DNA from: Candidatus Rifleibacteriota bacterium
GTDB taxonomy: Bacteria > Muiribacteriota > Ozemobacteria > Ozemobacterales > Ozemobacteraceae
Length of the DNA stretch: 22,072 nt
Direction: 5' to 3'
Assembly: GCA_051747585.1 (NCBI GenBank)
Contig: JBNJGH010000055.1
Coordinates: 1 to 22,072, forward strand
Part shown: piece after piece, positions 16,540 through 22,072 of the stretch
How positions within the stretch are numbered: position 1 is the first letter of the stretch
Layout: each line of letters opens with the position of its first letter
Program-made: the position numbers and the translations under genes
The notes under the pieces: model-generated
Seen by the model: the letters and a program-made list of their open reading frames with translations, nothing else
What the model was told of the DNA's origin: nothing
Database searches by the model: none

Positions 16540-18066
16540 ATGCTTAAGGTCAATCCAAATGTTTCCGAAAATTCCTGGATGAATCAGGTAATAAAACCTG
16601 AAGAATATGAAAAACACATGGAAAACGGGAAAGATTTTATAGATGACGATCAAATATGGAACACCATAAATAAGGCTCAAGAGCCAGATAAAGAAAGAGT
16701 CAGAGAGATTATGGCCAGGTCTTTTGACATAAAAACTCTTTCGCCGGATGAGATAGCTACTCTTATCAAGGTTAAAGATCCCGAAGTCTGGGATGAAATG
16801 TATAAAATGGCCGATAAAATCAAGAAAAAAGTTTACGATAATCGTATTGTAACTTTTGCTCCTCTTTACTGCGGGAACTATTGTGTAAACAACTGTCTTT
16901 ACTGTGGTTTCAGATCTGAAAATACCAACGAAAAAAGAGTTTGTCTTTCTATGGAAGACATAAAAAAAGAAGCCGAAGTTCTTGCCGGCGAAATTGGCCA
17001 TAAAAGAGTTATAGCCGTCTATGGTGAGCATCCGAAGACAGATGCTGACTATATTGCAGACAGTATAAAAGCAATGTATTCGGTAAGTGTTAAAACAAAG
17101 CATGGTCACAGTGAAATTAGAAGAGTAAATATAAACTCTGCGCCATTCTGTGTAGATGATCTTCGCAAGCTGCATGAAGTAGGAATTGGAACTTATCAGG
17201 TATTTCAAGAAACCTATCATCACGATACTTATAAAAAATTGCATCCGGCCAATACAATCAAAGGTAATTATCCCTGGCGCCTATATGTGCATCACAGGGC
17301 CTATGAAGCCGGAATTGACGATGTCGCCATAGGAGCTTTGTTCGGTCTTTATGATTGGCGCTTTGAAGTGCTCGGACTCCTGCACCATGCAATTGAACTG
17401 GAAAACAAATTTGGAGTAGGACCTCACACTATTTCTTTCCCAAGACTTACTCCGGCAAGCAACTCTCCACTTTTCAATAAACCTGATAATCAAAAATACT
17501 TTGTTTCCGATGAAGATTTTAAAAAGATCGTTTGTCTGCTTCGCCTCGCAGTTCCTTACACTGGCTTGATTATAACTGCCAGAGAGAAGAAAGAAATTAG
17601 AGACGATGTAATGTTTGTCGGCTGCACCCAGACTGATGCCTCAACTGTAATCGGAATAGGCGGTTATGCAGCAAACACCGGCATGCAGGAACTTGATGAA
17701 CAACAGTTTATGCTCGGCGACACCAGAAGTTTGGACGAACTGATAGGAGACTTTGCCCGCAAAGGAGTAATTACTTCATTCTGCACTTCTGGCTACCGCT
17801 GCGGAAGAACAGGCGATCAAATTATGGAAATGCTTAAAGCCGGTCATGAGAAGCATTTCTGTAAATTAAATGCAATATTGACTTTCCGCGAATGGCTTGA
17901 TGACTTTGCATCGGAAGAAACCAAAAAAGCAGGCGAACAGGTCATAAGAAAAGAAATTGAGCAAGTTAAAGCTCAGACCCCTTCTGTTTTTTCCAAAAAA
18001 TTATATGATACTACAATGGCATATTATGAAAGGATTTGTAATGGGGAACGAGATCTCTTCATTTGA
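16540..18066 (+). CDS. hydG: [FeFe]-hydrogenase H-cluster radical SAM maturase HydG
   Basis: IVTFAPLY, radical SAM C115-x3-C119-x2-C122, EIRRVNIN, GIGTYQVFQETYH, GIDDVAIGALFGL, GPHTISFPR (H296), RLAVPYTGLI, C-terminal auxiliary cluster motif C415-x5-C421-x19-C441. Confidence 0.95.
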   Translation: MLKVNPNVSENSWMNQVIKPEEYEKHMENGKDFIDDDQIWNTINKAQEPDKERVREIMARSFDIKTLSPDEIATLIKVKDPEVWDEMYKMADKIKKKVYDNRIVTFAPLYCGNYCVNNCLYCGFRSENTNEKRVCLSMEDIKKEAEVLAGEIGHKRVIAVYGEHPKTDADYIADSIKAMYSVSVKTKHGHSEIRRVNINSAPFCVDDLRKLHEVGIGTYQVFQETYHHDTYKKLHPANTIKGNYPWRLYVHHRAYEAGIDDVAIGALFGLYDWRFEVLGLLHHAIELENKFGVGPHTISFPRLTPASNSPLFNKPDNQKYFVSDEDFKKIVCLLRLAVPYTGLIITAREKKEIRDDVMFVGCTQTDASTVIGIGGYAANTGMQELDEQQFMLGDTRSLDELIGDFARKGVITSFCTSGYRCGRTGDQIMEMLKAGHEKHFCKLNAILTFREWLDDFASEETKKAGEQVIRKEIEQVKAQTPSVFSKKLYDTTMAYYERICNGERDLFI

Positions 18067-18295
18067 TCTTGAAAGATTGGCAAAGAAATATGACATACGA
18101 ATCTGGTTTTGTAAAAAAACCGGAAAAAGGTGGTCATTTCTGGTGGGGGCCGGCGAACAGCGGCCCCTGCCCTCTGAGCTTGTATATTTCAATGGTGATT
18201 TCGGATTTTTTGTGCAAGGCGAAGATTTTGATGATTTCAGATTAAAAAATGATATAAAAGAATTAGTCCAAAAATCGGGAATACTCGAAGCCTGA
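18041..18295 (+). CDS. Small hypothetical protein (84 aa) overlapping the hydG 3' end
   Basis: ATG 18041 preceded by AAGGA, 26-nt overlap with hydG. Globular-looking sequence (YDIRIWFCKKTGKRWSFLVGAG) that fills the gap to the convergent gene. Confidence 0.68.
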   Translation: MGNEISSFDLERLAKKYDIRIWFCKKTGKRWSFLVGAGEQRPLPSELVYFNGDFGFFVQGEDFDDFRLKNDIKELVQKSGILEA

Positions 18296-18311
18296 CCTGA
18301 AGTTTTCAATA

Positions 18312-19433
18312 TCAAGCTTCAGTTTTTTCCTCATTTATATCACTGAAATCTTCTGTTTTAACTCCTTTTTCCGATAAAATTCTTTCTAATTCATTAACTC
18401 CAACAAGATTTTTTCTGCTGAAAACCAGCTCTTTGCCATTTTGTAAAACCAGGGCAAAACCTTCTTCATCATTGCCCTCTACCAGTTTTCTTTCTGGTCG
18501 GGTAGCCGCAAGAATTCTGGCAAAAAAGAAAATTACCTTCTTCCAGAATGGTTGGGTATACAAACATGATTTTATCGAATCAATCTGATTAATCAAAATT
18601 CTTTGTTGCATCCCATAATATCTTATCAGCAATTCATTATTTTCAACTTTAATAAAAAAGTTTCGATAGTAACCTGTAGTCATTGGAATCACGCTAATCA
18701 GCAGACTCATTGCCAGATAAATTCCATATAAAATCTTCCACTCGTAAGAAAACGGCTTCATACCAATCTCTGTTGAAATTCCGGAAAATAAAAGAGTCAA
18801 TAAAAATAAAGCAATCAAAGCAATAACATCGGGAAAATAGGAATGATATGCATCAGCAAATCTTACGGTAACATTTCTTTTGCTCAACGGTCTGTAAAAA
18901 ACTCCGGCAATAATTGCAACAAGAATTAAAAGTAATCCAATATTTCTGTATGGATAGCCAATTTTGGCTGGAGCAATTTTAAAAACTTCTTTTGGCCGTA
19001 GCCTTTTAATAGAAGCATAGTTATCATTTGCACCGCGCACATAAAAGAAATCAACTGGTTTATTGAAAGAATTCTTGAGTTTGGTTAAAAATTCTCCTTC
19101 CGGTTTAAAAAAATAGACGCCATTAACTATATTCTTATTTTCTAAAAAATCTTCAACAGTAGTTGAGATTTCCAATGTTCTTTGATTGATAGTTTCTTTT
19201 TTATATTCTTCAATTTTCTCTTCGTTGCTTTTGGCTTTATCAGCATCGGTTTCCTGCCTGAAAAAAGCTTTTTTATGATCAGCATATTGTTTTTGCCAGT
19301 CAATTTTTTTAACGACAAAGATATTGGTTTCAACAAAAAAAATAAGGTTAAAACCGGCTAAAGCAATAACAATGATAAGAATCCTGGCAATCAACCCCCA
19401 ATGAAAGTTAGTATCCAATTTAAATCCCTCCAA
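18312..19433 (-). CDS. Hypothetical membrane protein (N-terminal TM, soluble domain, 3 TM, possible PH-like C-terminal domain)
   Basis: 373-aa ORF with clear hydrophobic segments. The C-terminal F.IKVENNELLIRY...I.INQIDSI pattern resembles bacterial PH folds. Start codon uncertain. Confidence 0.7.
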   Translation of the reverse strand: MEGFKLDTNFHWGLIARILIIVIALAGFNLIFFVETNIFVVKKIDWQKQYADHKKAFFRQETDADKAKSNEEKIEEYKKETINQRTLEISTTVEDFLENKNIVNGVYFFKPEGEFLTKLKNSFNKPVDFFYVRGANDNYASIKRLRPKEVFKIAPAKIGYPYRNIGLLLILVAIIAGVFYRPLSKRNVTVRFADAYHSYFPDVIALIALFLLTLLFSGISTEIGMKPFSYEWKILYGIYLAMSLLISVIPMTTGYYRNFFIKVENNELLIRYYGMQQRILINQIDSIKSCLYTQPFWKKVIFFFARILAATRPERKLVEGNDEEGFALVLQNGKELVFSRKNLVGVNELERILSEKGVKTEDFSDINEEKTEA

Positions 19434-19490
19434 AAAAAGAAACTTTTTTAATTTTTTTACGTATTATATGTTTTTTATCTAATAATTGCA

Positions 19491-19519
19491 TTCAATAAGT
19501 GAGGCTTTTGTGTTAGTAT
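19491..19519 (+). promoter_or_regulatory. Putative promoter (extended -10) of the adenylate cyclase
   Basis: TTCAAT (19491-19496), 17-nt spacer, TAGTAT (19514-19519) preceded by TGT. Confidence 0.4.
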
Positions 19520-19553
19520 CTTACCACTAAATCTTAACTGAATTATATCTGTA

Positions 19554-21134
19554 ATGAACAAATCTAACAATTTTTTATCCCTTTTAAAAAACGATATCTT
19601 CTGGGCCATGCTATTTTTCTGTGCAGCTCTTTTTATTGGGGATTACTGGTATTTCAGCAGGCTGCAAAATTTTAACATTGAGTTCAGAACTATTTTGCTC
19701 TTGTTCATTCTTTTACTGGAAACACTTCTAATTGAAGATAATTTTTTCATCTGGGCTATCATCACCCTCTTTCCAAATACTGCCTATGTTTTTTACCTTT
19801 CTGTTAAGCTTGGTAACATAGGCCATTTTGGTTGGCTATTTCTGTCCCAGGTAATTTTAATGCTTATTATGACTATTTTTCACTGGCGATTTACAAAGTC
19901 TTTTATGCCCGAAACTAGTTTCAAAAAAATGCGGGAAGAGCTTAAAGACCTCAAAGAAAATTCTTTAAGCCGCATATTACAATTCAGCCTCATTGGTTGC
20001 CTCAGGGAAAGAAAAAAAATTCTGGCACAAGCTTACCACGCACTTGAAAACTGTTTTAAAGCCGACTATTCAATGATTTTTCTGGCCGATCATAAAAAAA
20101 ATACTTTGGTTCCTTCACCTAGATTTGGCGATATGAAGGCAAAAAATATTCAACCGATAATGGTTGGCCCTGAATTCTGGAACAAAGCAGCTTATGACCC
20201 GGAAAAAGGAGTTCTAAATGTTATACAGGGCCGTGCAACTCTACCATCTTTACGCCAGCTTATTCCCCAGGCGAGTATAGATGCGGTCGCTGCAATGCCA
20301 ATCAGTTCCGGCAATCGGGTAATTGGTTTGATTGCTGTTATTAAACAGAAACCAGAAAATCGAAGATATCTTGACCCATCTTTGTTTGTAACATTTGGCT
20401 ACGTTCTGGGTTCATCACTTGAAAATTGCGCTCTGCATGAATTCAGAAGAAAAATGCTCAGTAATGCAGAAAAGCAATCTCAAATGATCAGGAATGTATT
20501 TGGAAAATATGTTTCTGAATCAATTGTAAACGAACTTATAAATAACAAGGAAATGGCAAACCTTGGAGGTAAAAAGAAAAAGGTTTCTATATTATTGGCT
20601 GATCTGCGCGGTTTTACTTCTCTTGCATCGGTATTACAAATAGAAAAACTGGTTCACCTTCTAAATAGCTGGTTCGATAAAGCGACACAATTGATATTAA
20701 AGAATAATGGTACGATTGATAAATATATGGGTGACTGCGTTATGGTAATTTTTGGCGCTCCAATTGAAAAAAATGATGATGTTTTGCGCTCTGTTTACAC
20801 TGCATTCAGACTTCAGGAAACCTTTAATAAATTTAAGGAAATGATTGATCTTCCACCGGAGCACAATCTGGGTCTTGGTGTATCAATCAGCACTGGAACC
20901 GCAATTGTGGGGAACTTTGGTTCTTCAACAAGAATGGAATATACAGCGATAGGCGAAACCGTAAACTTGGCTGCACGTCTTGAAAAATTATCGGGACCGG
21001 GTGAAATAGTTGTCGATGCCATCACTTTCAGTGAATTGCCTCAAGACAAATTTAAATATGAAGTGCAAACTGATGTGCCATTAAAAGGCCTGGCAAATCA
21101 AACTGTCTATCATCTCAAAGAGGTTTTGCGCTAA
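19554..21134 (+). CDS. Membrane-anchored class III adenylate cyclase (TM region, GAF-like domain, cyclase homology domain)
   Basis: FGKYVS, LGG....VSILLADLRGFT (metal Asp), IDKYMGDCVM (ATP-specifying Lys, second Asp), VGNFGS..RMEYTAIGETVNLAARLE (Thr, Asn, Arg). Confidence 0.92.
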   Translation: MNKSNNFLSLLKNDIFWAMLFFCAALFIGDYWYFSRLQNFNIEFRTILLLFILLLETLLIEDNFFIWAIITLFPNTAYVFYLSVKLGNIGHFGWLFLSQVILMLIMTIFHWRFTKSFMPETSFKKMREELKDLKENSLSRILQFSLIGCLRERKKILAQAYHALENCFKADYSMIFLADHKKNTLVPSPRFGDMKAKNIQPIMVGPEFWNKAAYDPEKGVLNVIQGRATLPSLRQLIPQASIDAVAAMPISSGNRVIGLIAVIKQKPENRRYLDPSLFVTFGYVLGSSLENCALHEFRRKMLSNAEKQSQMIRNVFGKYVSESIVNELINNKEMANLGGKKKKVSILLADLRGFTSLASVLQIEKLVHLLNSWFDKATQLILKNNGTIDKYMGDCVMVIFGAPIEKNDDVLRSVYTAFRLQETFNKFKEMIDLPPEHNLGLGVSISTGTAIVGNFGSSTRMEYTAIGETVNLAARLEKLSGPGEIVVDAITFSELPQDKFKYEVQTDVPLKGLANQTVYHLKEVLR

Positions 21135-21148
21135 TTGTTAAAGGTAAT

Positions 21149-21598
21149 CTAATTAAGCCTCATTATTTCAAAATTTAAATAAAAAGCAAAACAAAGCCAT
21201 ATAAAATAGGGAATAAGAAGAAATACCCTTCCCTTAGAGATTTTACTGATATAATAAATGGTTAAAACCACAAAAGTTATTAGTAAAACAAGAATAATCA
21301 GTCCTGCAACTATATTATTAGCACCAAAAAAAGCAGGGGTCCAGGCGGCATTCAAAACCAACTGACAGTAAAAAAATACTTTTGCTTTTTTATTGTCAGG
21401 CGTGGCTGAATCATTCCATAAAAGAAAAAGAACAACGGCCATAAGAAAATACAACAGTGTCCATACAGGCCCAAAAACCCAGCCTGGAGGATTTAATGCA
21501 GGTTTTTGTAAAGAGTAATACCACTCTCCCGGCTTAAAAAAGATCCCTCCGGCTGCAGGTAAAAAACAAACGACTAATGAAAATAAAAATTTAAGCAC
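21149..21598 (-). CDS. tspO: TspO/MBR family tryptophan-rich sensory protein
   Basis: WY.SL.KP.LNPPGWVFGPVWT.LY.LM, QL.LN.AWTP.FFG, L.PY..WL.FA..LN. Start is GTG 21598 (overlapping the upstream stop) or TTG 21616. Confidence 0.92.
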   Translation of the reverse strand: MLKFLFSLVVCFLPAAGGIFFKPGEWYYSLQKPALNPPGWVFGPVWTLLYFLMAVVLFLLWNDSATPDNKKAKVFFYCQLVLNAAWTPAFFGANNIVAGLIILVLLITFVVLTIYYISKISKGRVFLLIPYFIWLCFAFYLNFEIMRLN

Positions 21599-21920
21599 CC
21601 GCTCCGCCCAAAGCAATTAAAATGGCCGTTACAGCGACAAAGTCACAAATCCCCATCACTAGAATACAAGTAAAAACAGCAAATCGGTTTAAACCATAAT
21701 CATTATAAAAAACTTTATAAAAATATATATAATGAATTGGTAAATTAATGCCTGCCATTCGAATAATAGTATATCCAATATCGGCAATTGCACAGTGTTT
21801 AAAACTTTCAGGAAAATCTGGAGGATCTATATCCAAATCGCCGGCCATTACCGGAACCATAAATTTAAAAACAAGTGTGTCTACTAAAAGAATTACAACA
21901 AAAATTACTAAATTGATCAT
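21591..21920 (-). CDS. Small hypothetical membrane protein
   Basis: 109 aa with 2-3 hydrophobic segments, GGAG RBS upstream, 3' end overlapping the tspO start. Confidence 0.65.
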   Translation of the reverse strand: MINLVIFVVILLVDTLVFKFMVPVMAGDLDIDPPDFPESFKHCAIADIGYTIIRMAGINLPIHYIYFYKVFYNDYGLNRFAVFTCILVMGICDFVAVTAILIALGGAGA

Positions 21921-22036
21921 GCTTTAATACTCCAAAAATTAATTATTTAGAGGAAAATGGGTTTTATGTGATCCTCTCCCTGAAAAAATTACAATATCCT
22001 AACCCGAGTGTAGCATTATAATAGTAATTCAACAAT

Positions 22037-22063
22037 AAAAAAAATCCCCACCTTGGGAGGGGA
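22037..22063 (-). terminator. Possible Rho-independent terminator of a gene beyond the window
   Basis: Minus strand reads TCCCC-T-CC-CAA-GG-T-GGGGA-T8. Imperfect stem near the window edge. Confidence 0.4.
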
Positions 22064-22072
22064 GGTCGCCGC

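Noticed and set aside
16510..17244. 244-aa minus-strand ORF
   Set aside because: Almost entirely antisense to the well-supported hydG, with no recognisable motifs; shadow ORF.
16540..18066. ThiH/BioB annotation for the radical SAM gene
   Set aside because: The C-terminal Cys3 extension, the GPHTIS His and the TM1266-family neighbour indicate HydG.
18001..18315. 104-aa minus-strand ORF
   Set aside because: Antisense to hydG and to the better-supported 18041-18295 ORF, which has an RBS and operon context.
1..22072. CRISPR array, tRNA/rRNA, riboswitch, IS element
   Set aside because: No regularly spaced repeats, cloverleafs, recognisable aptamer motifs or transposase seen, and intergenic regions are short. 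A covariance-model search would be needed to exclude small RNAs fully.

Overview
AT-rich, gene-dense bacterial chromosomal segment, probably from an anaerobic diderm (inferred from ExbB/ExbD/TonB plus the [FeFe]-hydrogenase maturase HydG). About 23 CDS. I found no rRNA, tRNA, CRISPR array, integrase or transposase. In order: 3' part of a 5'-nucleotidase, a Cache/HAMP/GAF/GGDEF diguanylate cyclase and an EamA transporter; a lipoprotein; two abutting paralogous amidohydrolases, the second lacking the bridging Lys and both beta-site His; a cN-II-type HAD 5'-nucleotidase coupled to gpmA; an HTH_17/winged-helix protein coupled to a class V PLP enzyme with no catalytic Cys; a six-gene operon (DUF364, SAM methyltransferase, ExbB, ExbD, TonB, FmdE-like) with no receptor; TM1266-like regulator, hydG (CX5CX19C variant) and an overlapping 84-aa ORF behind a Rex/CRP-like box; a membrane protein; a TM-GAF class III adenylate cyclase; TspO. 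The best candidates for new biology are the receptor-less TonB/DUF364/MTase/FmdE operon next to the stand-alone hydG module, the enzyme/pseudo-enzyme amidohydrolase pair, and the cN-II/gpmA coupling. All family calls come from motif recognition by eye, not from database searches.
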